Shown here: piece by piece, positions 1 to 12,454 of the stretch | How the letters are laid out: the number at the start of each line of letters is the position of its first letter | Position numbering within the stretch: the stretch's first letter is position 1 | From: Octopus vulgaris | Taxonomy: Eukaryota | Direction of reading: 5' to 3' | Length of the DNA: 64,000 nt | Assembly: GCA_951406725.2 (NCBI GenBank) | Contig: OX597816.1 | Location: 48,980,001-49,044,000, forward strand | The notes under the pieces: model-generated | The model's database searches: none | What the model saw: the letters and a program-made list of their open reading frames with translations, nothing else | What the model was told of the DNA's origin: nothing | Translations under genes and position numbers: made by a program

Positions 1-1041
1 GTTGTGTGTCTGTCCCCTACGATTTAGATTCCTAACTACTCCAACATTTTGCGGTGCAGTGTAACCAAAAGCGGGTATCTTATAGTCGTGATTCATATCG
101 AGCCCTTTTGGGTATTAGCGCGCGTCTACGATGAGTCTACGATTTTAAAAATAATTTACCATCATTTGTTTCCATTTTAATGCATTTTTTCGCTATTATA
201 TAAGGGAAGTAACTCTCTAAAAATGTCTACGATGAGTCAACGATTTAAAAAAAAATTTACCATCATATTTTTCCTATTTTTAATGCATCTTTTTGCTATT
301 TTTTGGCTATAACTCTCTAAAAATGCTTATATAGTTATTTCCCTTACAAACCCGAGCAACGCCGGGCGATACTGCTAGTACAACATAAAGAATATTCCCC
401 TTCTTCAGTTGTCCTTGTCTTCGAAAGGGGAATATTCTTTATGTTTCGTTTCTCTGTTTGTTTGTTATTTTCGAAAAAAGTTCGTTTCCATGTTTTTGTT
501 TTTATGTTTTCGTTTCTCATTGTGTTCAACGTTTTTTTGATGTCCTGTACCCGTATATGCATGCATATATACATATATATATTTCTTTACTACCCACAAG
601 GGGCTAAACACAGAGGGGACCAACAAGGACAGACAAACGGATTAAGTCGATTACATCGATCCTAGTGCGTAACTGGTACTTAATTTATCGACCCCGAAAG
701 GATGAAAGGCAAAGTCGACCTCGACGGAATTTGAACTCAGAACGTAACGGCAGACGAAATACGGCTACGCATTTCACCCGGCGTGCTAACGTTTCTGCCA
801 GCTCGCCGCCTTATATATACATATATATGTAGGTATGTACATATATATGTAGGTATGTATATATGCATATATTTATATATTATTTATATTATTATACATA
901 ACTGTAGATGTGCATACAAATACACATATATTATTACGTATATAAATATACAAAAATTTGTGCGCAAATACATGCTCACAAATATAAGTATATACACGTA
1001 TACATATACATCCGATGTTGGGGGACAAACCCACATACAAG

Positions 1042-1102
<61 letters not shown>

Positions 1103-1623
1103 TCATATATACGACGGGTTTCTTCCAGTTTCCGTCTACCAAATTCACTCACAAGGCTTTGATCCGCCCGAAGCTATAGTAAAAGACACTAGCCCAAGAT
1201 GCCACGCAGTGGGACTGAACCCGGAACCATGTGGTTTGTAAGCAAGCTACTTACCACACAGCCATTCCTACGCCAAAAAACAAATATAGTGACACATCTA
1301 CATCATAACGTATACATACAAACAATATATGTATATACACCAAGGGATTTTGTGCGCGTGTATGTGTGCGTACATATATGTATATGTGTATTTGTGTATA
1401 TATTAATGTCTCACCTATATATTCTTTTATTTCTTTTTCTTGTTTCAGTCATTTGACTGCGGCCATGCTGGAGCACCGCCTTTAGTCGAGCAAATCGACC
1501 CCGGGACTTATTCTTTGTAAGCCCAGTACATATTCTATCGGACTCTTTTTGCCGAACCGCTAAGTGACGGGGACGTAAACACACCACCATCGGTTGTCAA
1601 GCAGTGCTAGGGGGACAAACACA

Positions 1624-1671
<48 letters not shown>

Positions 1672-1917
1672 CACATATATACGACAGGCCACTCACGAGG
1701 CATTGGTTGGCCCGAGGCTATAGCAGAAGACACTTGCCCAAGATGCCACGCAGTGGGACTGAACCCGGAACCATGTGGTTGGTTAGCAAATTACTTACCA
1801 CACAGTCACTCCTGCGCCTATATATATGTATATAACTATGTACAAGCATCTGTATATTGTGATGTATATATGTATATTATACATGGTTTAGTATCAGTAT
1901 ATGCTGCTGAAAAAATA
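1..1917. repeat. Near-identical duplicate of 3762-5676 abutting the assembly gap (probable haplotype or overlap artefact)
   Basis: Sequence matches at offset ~3761-3762 with only a few substitutions and indels (aaacccgagc vs aaacctgagc; gaagctatag vs gaagcatag). It ends exactly at the N-run. Confidence 0.9.
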
Positions 1918-2017
1918 NNNNNNNNNNNNNNNNNNNNNNNNNNNNNNNNNNNNNNNNNNNNNNNNNNNNNNNNNNNNNNNNNNNNNNNNNNNNNNNNNNN
2001 NNNNNNNNNNNNNNNNN
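1918..2017. other. Assembly gap (100 N)
   Basis: Run of exactly 100 N. Confidence 1.
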
Positions 2018-2049
2018 TGTACATAGCTATATACATATATAGGCATATA

Positions 2050-2372
2050 CAGGTGAGACACCAAGGACGATGTACTGCAATAGATTGGGTTTCAAGGGCC
2101 TACAGCTGTTTAACTGTCTTCCGAAAAGCATCTGAGGAGCCTCCATGGAGTGGATGTAGACGTTTTCAAATGTGAACTTGACCTCTGGCTCGCCGAGATC
2201 CCAGATGAGCCAATATCTAAGCAACGAACTCAAAAAAGGGCAGTAGCATCGAACTCCATCCTTCACCAAAAGCCGCTCCGACAAAGGTGGAAAGTGGAAA
2301 GATGGTTACAATGGCGGTGCTCCAGCATGGCCACAGTCATTGGACTGAAACATAAAAAAGAATAAAAGAATA
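2050..2372 (+). mobile_element. 3' end of a CR1/Jockey-like LINE (same family as 37515-38660)
   Basis: Translates ...GVDVDVFKCELDLWLAEIPDEP..., a typical LINE ORF2 C-terminus. It is followed by the 3' UTR ggcggtgctccagcatggccacag and an (ataaaaga)-type tail. Confidence 0.8.
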
Positions 2373-2392
2373 TATACACAAATACACGTATA

Positions 2393-2760
2393 GGCGCAGG
2401 AGTGGGTGTGTGGTAAGTAGCTTGCTAACCAACCACAGGGTTCCGGGTTCGGTCCCACTGCGTGGCATCTTGGGCAAGTGTCTTCTGCTATAGCCCCGAG
2501 CCGACCAATGCCTTGTGAGTGGATTTAAGCCTGTCGTATATATGTATGTGTGTGTTTGTGTGTCTGTGTTTGTCCCCCTAGCATTGCTTGACAACCGATG
2601 CTGGTGTGTTTACGTCCCCGTCACTTAGCGGTTCGGCAAAAGAGACCGATAGAAAAAGTACTGGGCTTACAAAGAATAAGTCCCGGGGTCGATTTGCTCG
2701 ACTAAAGGCGGTGCTCCAGCATGGCCGCAGTCAAATGACTGAAACAAGTAAAAAAAAAAA
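2393..2760 (+). mobile_element. SINE family A, representative copy (tRNA-like head, internal microsatellite, LINE-derived tail)
   Basis: Head ggcgcaggagtggctgtgtggtaag...ggttc(a/g)gtccc (A/B-box-like); tail ggcggtgctccagcatggccgcagtcaaatgactgaaacaagtaaaagag. Other copies lie at about 1432-1818(-), 5193-5577(-), 14480-14925, 15180-15552, 20575-20920(-), 27908-28305, 29268-29667(-), 33165-33487, 38830-39248(-), 39918-40272, 40845-41268(-), 46436-46870, 59112-59400(-), 61440-61690(-) and 62810-63218. Confidence 0.9.
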
Positions 2761-3064
2761 AAATACATATATGTACGCACACATACACGGCAACATATCT
2801 CTTGGTTTATTACTTATACAGCTTAGTTGTTACCGACGAAAGAGATGGGAAGTACATTAAGCGTATGTAGGAAGGAGAGAAAAAGTAAAAAAAAAACAAA
2901 AAGGAAAAAAGAAAAAGAAACTAAAACAGAAAAACTAGCGAGAAAAGAGAGAAAGAGATTGCTACGTAAAAGACACCAACGAGTATCGAGGAGGAAAAAG
3001 AAAGGAGAGATACTTCACGAATTGTGCTCAACGAATGCACACATAAAATAAGATTACATATGTA

Positions 3065-3458
3065 CTGACAGTATCGCCCGGCATCGCTCGGGTTTGTTTC
3101 GACCCTTTAGAATTGGAAGTTTTGAAAAATAAAAAAAATTTGCATTATGTAGCTTGTTATTCTCTTTAAGGGAACATTTTTCTGTTTGAAATACACCGAA
3201 AAATGGCGACACAGCAGTCAAAAATCGTAAAAAATAGGGATTTTCATAGCAAAAACCCCTTACCATTTTAATGTAAATAATTTTTGGTGTTAACATTGTC
3301 CGATTTGAGTTTTTTCTTCTACGGAAGGAAGAGCAAGCCTTCTTCTATTATACTCTCAATTTTGGTCAACGTGTGCCGCAGGGTCTTGGAGGAGATAGTG
3401 TTAGTTGAAGGTTACCAAACCTGCCATACACACAGACAACTTCAGCTTTATATATAGA
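3065..3458 (-). mobile_element. Non-autonomous Helitron-like element, subfamily 2
   Basis: Reverse complement of the 5745-6137 element. It has 5' TC-tatatataaagctgaagttg and a 3' hairpin cccgagcgatgccggg followed by a degenerate CTAG. Confidence 0.7.
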
Positions 3459-3739
3459 GACAGATATACACATAACTATAACATAAAACTTACGTGGAAA
3501 AGGATACGTGGCGTTCGATCATATAATAATATAAATAATATATAAATATATGCATATATACATACATATATGTACATACCTACATATATATGTATATATA
3601 CATGCATATATGGGTACAGGACATCGAAAAAAAACGTTGAATATATTGAGAAATGGAAACATAAATATAAAAACATGGAAACGAACGTTGTTTTTCGAAC
3701 AACTGAAAAAAAAAAAAAAACACACAGAGAAACGAGACA

Positions 3740-4140
3740 TCTTTATATATATAAAAGTCAAGTTGTGTGTCTGTCCCCTACGATTTAGATTCCTAACTAC
3801 TCCAACATTTTTGCGGTGCAGTGTAACCAAAAGCGGGTATCTTATAGTCGTGATTCATATCGAGCCCTTTTGGGTATTAGCGCGCGTCTACGATGAGTCT
3901 ACGATTTTAAAAATAATTTACCATCATTTGTTTCCATTTTAATGCATTTTTTCGCTATTATATAAGGGAAGTAACTCTCTAAAAATGTCTACGATGAGTC
4001 AACGATTTAAAAAAAATTTACCATCATATTTTTCCTATTTTTAATGCATCTTTTTTGCTATTTTTTGGCTATAACTCTCTAAAAATGCTTATATAGTTAT
4101 TTCCCTTACAAACCTGAGCAACGCCGGGCGATACTGCTAG
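3740..4140 (+). mobile_element. Non-autonomous Helitron-like element, subfamily 1 (duplicate copy at 1-378)
   Basis: Starts TC after A and ends CTAG before T, with no TSD. A GC hairpin cc(c/t)gagcaacgccggg lies about 8 nt upstream of the CTAG. These are canonical Helitron termini. Confidence 0.75.
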
Positions 4141-4803
4141 TACAACATAAAGAATATTCCCCTTCTTCAGTTGTCCTTGTCTTCGAAAGGGGAATATTCT
4201 TTATGTTTCGTTTCTCTGTTTGTTTGTTATTTTCGAAAAAAGTTCGTTTCCATGTTTTTGTTTTTATGTTTTCGTTTCTCATTGTGTTCAACGTTTTTTT
4301 GATGTCCTGTACCCGTATATGCATGCATATATACATATATATATTTCTTTACTACCCACAAGGGGCTAAACACAGAGGGGACCAACAAGGACAGACAAAC
4401 GGATTAAGTCGATTACATCGATCCTAGTGCGTAACTGGTACTTAATTTATCGACCCCGAAAGGATGAAAGGCAAAGTCGACCTCGACGGAATTTGAACTC
4501 AGAACGTAACGGCAGACGAAATACGGCTACGCATTTCACCCGGCGTGCTAACGTTTCTGCCAGCTCGCCGCCTTATATATACATATGTATGTAGGTATGT
4601 ACATATATATGTAGGTATGTATATATGCATATATTTATATATTATTTATATTATTATACATAACTGTAGATGTGCATACAAATACACATATATTATTACG
4701 TATATAAATATACAAAAATTTGTGCGCAAATACATGCTCACAAATATAAGTATATACACGTATACATATACATCCGATGTTGGGGGACAAACCCACATAC
4801 AAG

Positions 4804-4864
<61 letters not shown>

Positions 4865-5384
4865 TCATATATACGACGGGTTTCTTCCAGTTTCCGTCTA
4901 CCAAATTCACTCACAAGGCTTTGATCCGCCCGAAGCATAGTAAAAGACACTAGCCCAAGATGCCACGCAGTGGGACTGAACCCGGAACCATGTGGTTTGT
5001 AAGCAAGCTACTTACCACACAGCCATTCCTACGCCAAAAAACAAATATAGTGACACATCTACATCATAACGTATACATACAAACAATATATGTATATACA
5101 CCAAGGGATTTTGTGCGCGTGTATGTGTGCGTACATATATGTATATGTGTATTTGTGTATATATTAATGTCTCACCTATATATTCTTTTATTTCTTTTTC
5201 TTGTTTCAGTCATTTGACTGCGGCCATGCTGGAGCACCGCCTTTAGTCGAGCAAATCGACCCCGGGACTTATTCTTTGTAAGCCCAGTACATATTCTATC
5301 GGACTCTTTTTGCCGAACCGCTAAGTGACGGGGACGTAAACACACCACCATCGGTTGTCAAGCAGTGCTAGGGGGACAAACACA

Positions 5385-5428
<44 letters not shown>

Positions 5429-5744
5429 CACATATATACGACAGGCCACTCACGAGGCATTGGTTGGCCCGAGGCCATAGCAGAAGACACTTGCCCAAGA
5501 TGCCACGCAGTGGGACTGAACCCGGAACCATGTGGTTGGTTAGCAAATTACTTACCACACAGTCACTCCTGCGCCTATATATATGTATATAACTATGTAC
5601 GTAAGCATCTGTATATTGTGATGTATATATGTATATTATACATGGTTTAGTATCAGTATATGCTGCTGAAAAAATATCTACGTAATTTTTATTTTTAATT
5701 TCAATTTTTAAATGGATATAACTGTTAATGCATTAATTCATTTA

Positions 5745-6137
5745 TCGATATATATAAAGCTGAAGTTGTTTGTGTATTGCAGGTTTGGTAGCCTTCAACT
5801 AACACTATCTCCTCCGAGACCCCTGCGGCGCAAGTTGACCAAAATTGAGAGTATGATAGAAGAAGGCTTGCTCTTCCTTCCGTAGAAGAAAAAATTCAAA
5901 TCGAACCATGTCAACACCAAAAATTATTTACATCAAATAGGTGTTTTTTTTCTTCTATGAAAATCCCTATTTTTTACAATTTTTTGACTGCTGTGTGGCC
6001 ATTTTTCGGTGTATTTCAACCAGAAAAATGTTCACTTAAAGAGAATAACAAGCTACATAATGCAAAATTTTTACTTTTAAAAATTCCAATTCTAAAGGGT
6101 CGAAACAAACCCGATCAACGCCGGGCGATACTGCTAG
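5745..6137 (+). mobile_element. Non-autonomous Helitron-like element, subfamily 2
   Basis: Reads A|TC...cccgatcaacgccgggcgatactgCTAG|T; homologous to 17347-17738 and 3065-3458. Confidence 0.75.
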
Positions 6138-6518
6138 TATTTTGTATATAATTATTTACCATATGCATTTAGACTCTGCCCTTCGATTTAAGGTTTTCTT
6201 CTATTTTACAACAAAATGCATTTATACTGAATTTTGTTTATCGTATACTTAAGACCTTAGGATCAACGAAACAACACCATTTTCAAATGTGTATCATTTA
6301 AACTTTTTTATGTTTGATTATATCGTAATTTCTGTTCCATTCTAACAAAACTGTCCGACGGCAGGGGACGTAAAACTCCGAGTAACAGATTCTGTGATAG
6401 TTCTGCTGCTTTTTAATAAAGTATATTACTCTACCTCTGGTATTTGAGTACTCTTTTTTCCCACCTTGTTTTGTATTTATTTGCTTACACCGGTCTCTCT
6501 CTCTCTCTTTCTCTCCCT

Positions 6519-6560
<42 letters not shown>

Positions 6561-7362
6561 CTTCTCTGTTGCCCCTCTCTCTCTTTCACAGCTTTTTTTT
6601 GTAAACCATCTGCTTTAAAAACTCGTACGTCGACATCGGCGGGATTGACCACAAACACACACACACACACAAATTACATTTTATTTGATTATTTATCTAC
6701 TTTGTATATTTATTCTAGCCTATCATTTTATTTTTTAGAATCCAAACCGAGGCATCCCACCCGAAACGTTAACTGACACGTCCCAACAACAACATAATAC
6801 AAACTTACTTATTTTCATGAATTTATCGACTGATATTCGTTGCAGAGAAAGAAAAAAAAGGCGGTACCCCAGCATGGCCGCACGCCAAAGCTTGAAAAAT
6901 GGGAAAAAATAAAAGATGTTTTACAGTGTGTGTTTTTATTAACAAGTTAGAATAAATTCAAAACAATGAAAACCAGTGGGTTCGGCTGCTCTACATTGAT
7001 TTAGGGCAAATACCCTGAAACTAGTCTCCAAATACCTAACCAGCAAGGGGAAGCGACTGAACCCCCCTGTTCAAAGGTTATAATGTTACACAGGTTCGTG
7101 TGTCACATATTTCTATTAATGAAAATAGGAATATCTAAAAAACGTGGAGTTATCTCCCTTACACCGTCTTTCATTGCTACTTGATGTAGGCACAGATATT
7201 GCTGTGGTCATCAACTCGCTGATAGAGTCGTATGAACACTGTTGTGACACGCTGCATGCCTTGGGCAATTTTATACCTGGCAGTCCTCTCCAGGATTGAC
7301 CAGAACCCTTTTCTCCCCCCAAAGACTAAATATATGGTGCAAGAGTGGCTGTGTGGTAAGAA

Positions 7363-8146
7363 GCGAGCTGGCAGAAACGTTAGCACGCCGGGCGAAATGC
7401 TTTGTGGTATTTCGTCCGCCGCTGCGTTCTGAGTTCAAATTCCGCCGAGGTGGACTTTACCTTTCATCCTTTCGGGGTCGATTAAATAAGTACCAGTTAC
7501 GCACTGGGGTCGATATAATCGACTTAATCCGTTTGTCTGTCCTTGTTTGTCTCCTCTATGTTTAGCCCCTTGTGGGTAATAAAGAAGCAGGTATTTCGTC
7601 TGTCTTTACGTTCTGAGTTCAAATTCCGCCGAGGTCGACTTTTGCCTTTTATCCTTTCGGGGTCGATTAAATAAGTACCAGTTACGCACTGGGGTCGATC
7701 TAATCGACTTAATCCGTCTGTTTGTTCTTGTTTGTCTCCTCTGTGTTTAGCCCCTTGTGGGTAATAAAGAAACAGGTATTTCGTCTGTCTTTATGTTCTG
7801 TGTTCAAATTCCACCGAGGTCGACTTTTGCCTTTTATCCTTTCGGGGTCGATTAAATAAGTACCAGTTACGCACTGGGGTCGATCTAATCGACTTAATCC
7901 GTCTGTTTGTTCTTGTTTGTCTCCTCTGTGTTTAGCCCCTTGTGGGTAATAAAGAAACAGGTATTTCGTCTGTCTTTATGTTCTGTGTTCAAATTCCACC
8001 GAGGTCGACTTTTGCCTTTTATCCTTTCGGGGTCGATTAAATAAGTACCAGTTACGCACTGGGGTCGATCTAATCGACTTAATCCGTCTGTCTGTCCTTG
8101 TTTGTCTCCTCTGTGTTTAGCCCCTTGTGGGCAGTAAAGAAATAAG
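7363..8146 (+). mobile_element. SINE family B tandem multimer (one head plus four ~184-bp bodies)
   Basis: A single gcgagctggcagaaacgttagc head is followed by four units ggtatttcgtc...gtggg(t/c)a(a/g)taaagaa. Single copies lie at 581-811(-), 4343-4573(-), 12035-12264, 19557-19778 and 32937-33163. Confidence 0.9.
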
Positions 8147-8712
8147 AAGCTTGTTTCCTGGTCACATGACTCCGGGTTCAGTCCCACTTCGTGATATCTT
8201 CTGTGTGTCTACTACTATAAGCGTGAGGCCGACCAAAGTATTGTGAATGGATTTTGGTAGACGGAAACTGAAAGAAGCACATCGTATGTGCACACACACA
8301 CACACATCTGGTGGTGTGTGTGTGTTTGTCTTCTTGCCTGCGTTTGTCCCCACCATTGCTTGACAATCGTTATTCTGCTTAGCAGTTCGGCAAAAGAGAC
8401 TGGTAGAATCGATAGAATAAGTACCATGCTTGAAGAAAAAACAAACAAACAGAAAAGAATAATTACTGAGATCGGTTCGTTCAAATAAAAACAAAAAAAC
8501 CCCAAAATTCTTCAAGGTGGTGCCCCAGCAAGCCTGCAGCTTAATGACTGAAGCAAGTAAAAGATAAAAAGAAAAAAATTTAATAATAAATTAATGTTCT
8601 GAAATAGAACGAATGAGTAAAGAAATCAGAACAAATCATCTTTAGTACAAAGTTAGTATAAACGCATCGATCCTGAATGGATGAAAGGTAAAATTAATCT
8701 CGGCAAGATAGA

Positions 8713-9010
8713 TTTCTTTATTGGCCACGCAGAGCTAAACACAGAAGGGACAAAATACAAAGTAGAGCTTTTCTTTTTGGGAAGAATAGAAGGGGGGAGA
8801 AGTGGGGGACGAATTTCGATCAAAAGGGATCGTGAAAAAAAAAAAAAAAAGTGGGGCCGATCAATAGGCCGATCGTGTATCACAGAAATGCCAATGTAAA
8901 AAGGGAAAACAGATTAGGTTTGTCCGCGGATAGAAAAGCCTACGGAAAAGACCACGAGAACCTTGGGCAATCGTGTCATGCAAAAAGAAAACAAATTACA
9001 GTAAGTGGGT
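8713..9010 (-). mobile_element. Interspersed repeat fragment sharing its 3' tail with SINE-B (possible partner LINE 3' UTR)
   Basis: The minus-strand end tttgtcccttctgtgtttagctctgcgtggccaataaagaaa matches the SINE-B tail, but upstream sequence is unrelated. It interrupts a decayed SINE-B. Confidence 0.5.
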
Positions 9011-9229
9011 CTCTCGGCAAGATATGAACTCAGTGAGAAGAGGATCGGAATGACAACCGCTAAGCAATGGCTGGTTCTCTATAAAGTTATATACATTGAT
9101 ATAAAAGGAGGCGAAATTTCCATGCCAGAAGATCGGAGTAAATGCTAGGCGTTTTCCCTTCCGTTTCTCTTTGCTACGAGGTCAAAGGTAAAAATGGAGA
9201 AAGAAAGAAACAAAGAACGAAAAAGAGAA

Positions 9230-9758
<529 letters not shown>

Positions 9759-10136
9759 ATGTTTTTTAAATTTTCTCCTGGTTTACTGAATTAACTTTTA
9801 TTTGCGGTTGAAGCTTTGGCTGTTATTTCTAGTGGGTGAATGGCCTATTATGGCCGTTCCTTTATTGTTGATGTTGAACTTAAAAATGGTCTATGACTAT
9901 TTTAATTTTTTCCTATTGAGGCCGCTGGTGGCAAAAGAATTCTACAAAATTTTTTTTTGCCACCCTATATTGATTAATTATGAATTTTCTGGTTAATTCC
10001 GTAATGGAATCGACGGCTTATATTTATTTGCTGCCGATAAATTTGGCGCGAGTGCGACGATTTGAAAATTTTAGGTCAGATATAAACTTGGCAACGTCGG
10101 AAATGCCTCGTGAAAATATCTGTTCCGTCTTGGGCT

Positions 10137-10249
10137 ATTTCTTACTGAAGAATCTGAGGGCCTGTGGAAGATTGGCTTGATTTAATTTAATCAGGTTAGT
10201 TTACCATTAATCAGCAGATGAAACGGTATATCGTATAAGTATAAGAAAT
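10137..10249 (+). ncRNA. Type I hammerhead ribozyme (stem I interrupted by a 6-nt duplication)
   Basis: ATTTCTTA-CTGAAGA-ATCTG...CAGAT-GAAA-CG gtatat CG-TA^-taag(tataag)aaat. Confidence 0.7.
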
Positions 10250-10638
10250 TACAGGGTAAATGTTTTTTAAATTTTCTCCTGGTTTACTGAATTAACTTTT
10301 ATTTGCGGTTGAAGCTTTGGCTGTTATTTCTAGTGGGTGAATGGCCTATTATGGCCGTTCCTTTATTGTTGATGTTGAACTTAAAAATGGTCTATGACTA
10401 TTTTAATTTTTTCCTACTAGGCCGCTGGTGGCAAAAGAATTCTACAAAATTTTTTTTTTTGCCACCCTATATTGATTAATTATGAATTTTCTGGTTAATT
10501 CCGTAATGGAATCGACGGCTTATATTTATTTGCTGCCGATAAATTTGGCGCGAGTGCGACGATTTGAAAATTTTAGGTCAGATATAAACTTGGCAACGTC
10601 GGAAATGCCTCGTGAAAATATCTGTTCCGTCTTGGGCT

Positions 10639-10745
10639 ATTTCTTACTGAAGAATCTGAGGGCCTGTGGAAGATTGGCTTGATTTAATTTAATCAGGTTA
10701 GTTTACCATTAATCAGCAGATGAAACGGTATATCGTATAAGAAAT
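10639..10745 (+). ncRNA. Type I hammerhead ribozyme
   Basis: Stem I ATTTCTTA/TAAGAAAT (8 bp), core CUGAAGA, stem II ATCTG/CAGAT with a long insert, GAAA, stem III CG/CG with a 6-nt loop, and a GUA triplet. Predicted cut after 10737. Confidence 0.85.
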
Positions 10746-10968
10746 TACAGGGTAAATGTTTTTTAAATTTTCTCCTGGTTTACTGAATTAACTTTTATTT
10801 GCGGTTGAAGCTTTGGCTGTTATTTCTAGTGGGTGAATGGCCTATTATGGCCGTTCCTTTATTGTTGATGTTGAACTTAAAAATGGTCTATGACTATTTT
10901 AATTTTTTCCTACTAGGCCGCTGGTGGCAAAAGAATTCTACAAAATTTTTTTTGCCACCCTATATTGA

Positions 10969-11107
<139 letters not shown>

Positions 11108-11138
11108 GACAGACAGATAGATAGACAGACAGACAGAC

Positions 11139-11197
<59 letters not shown>

Positions 11198-11643
11198 GCA
11201 GACGATAGATAAACAGACAGACAGACCGATGCACAGATAAATAAATAGACAGATAGAGAGGCGGACGGACAGACAGACAAACAGGCAGGCAGACTGACAA
11301 ATAGGCAGACAGATAGACTCTGACAAACAAGTAGATAGATAGATATATAGATAGATAGACACGGATCACTTGAATAATTGATAACGTATTTAATTTAGAA
11401 AACTTTAAAAAAAAACAATACTAACGATAGTAGTAGAATTGCAGATGAATACAAACACATCGGGATGTTGCCCGTTCTAAATGTTCTAATGTGTTATTTA
11501 TTTATAAGTTTATAAATTTGTTTAATTCATTTCTTCTATTCTTCAGAACCAACGACGAAGCATAGAATGTCAATGGATTGCTAATATAAGCAAATAAAAT
11601 GGAAACTGAAGAGACAGGACGAGCATAAAATACTGTGACGACG

Positions 11644-11688
<45 letters not shown>

Positions 11689-11742
11689 CATATATACATA
11701 CATACAAACATACATACATACATACATACATACATACATACA

Positions 11743-11775
<33 letters not shown>

Positions 11776-11779
11776 TATG

Positions 11780-12345
11780 GCTGCCCCCTCGTTATCGAGT
11801 ATGGCCATTGCACGAAGCTTAACTGTTATTGGTGCTGTGATCGAATGTGACTTTTTAGCCCAGCTAAAGATCTACAATGTCTTGTACAGAATTGGCAACT
11901 AAAGCATTTACCGGTAATAGCCGGCTGTAGTTGTAACTGGGCTTCATGTACCTTTACATGTCGTTTAAGTCCTCCTGCCGAATTACACTCTCTTCCACAT
12001 GCCCGGCAGATATAATTAGTAGATATAATTAGAAGGCGGCGAGCTGGCAGAAACGTTAGCACGAGGGGCGAAATGCGTAGCCGTATTTCGTCTGCCGTTA
12101 CGTTCTGAGTTCAAATTCCGCCGAGGTCGACTTTGCCTTTCATCCTCTCGAGGTCGATAAATTAAGTACCAGTTACGCACTGGGTCGATATAATCGACTT
12201 AATCCGTTTGTCTGTCCTTGTTTGTCCCTTCTGTGTTTAGCCCCTTGTGGGTAGTGAAGAAATAAGATATAATTAGTATGGTGTGTTACACCACCACCAG
12301 TGGCCAGGTTGTCACTCATCTGTCTCACTTTATGACTACGAAGTC
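11780..12345 (-). mobile_element. RTE (BovB-like) LINE 3' end with two C2H2-like zinc fingers, interrupted by SINE-B
   Basis: CRACGRECNSAGGLKRHVKVH and CQFCTRHCRSLAGLKSHIRSQH. Same family as 60826-61415. SINE-B is inserted at 12035-12264. Confidence 0.8.
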
Positions 12346-12405
12346 TATGTAGTCATACATACATACATACATATATTTACACACACACACACACATACAC
12401 ATATA

Positions 12406-12454
<49 letters not shown>

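Noticed and set aside
1199-1456. Recurrent short ORFs (MPRSGTEPGTMW..., MLGGQTQTH..., MLTFLPAR...)
   Set aside because: They are chance frames within high-copy SINEs.
6995-7030. Hammerhead-like aggg caaata ccct GAAA CTAG TC
   Set aside because: The CUGANGA core is absent (ttgattt) and no stem I forms; at best a heavily decayed relic.
9980-10180. 66-aa ORF repeated identically at 10482-10682
   Set aside because: The identity reflects recent tandem duplication. It has no recognisable domain and overlaps the ribozyme.
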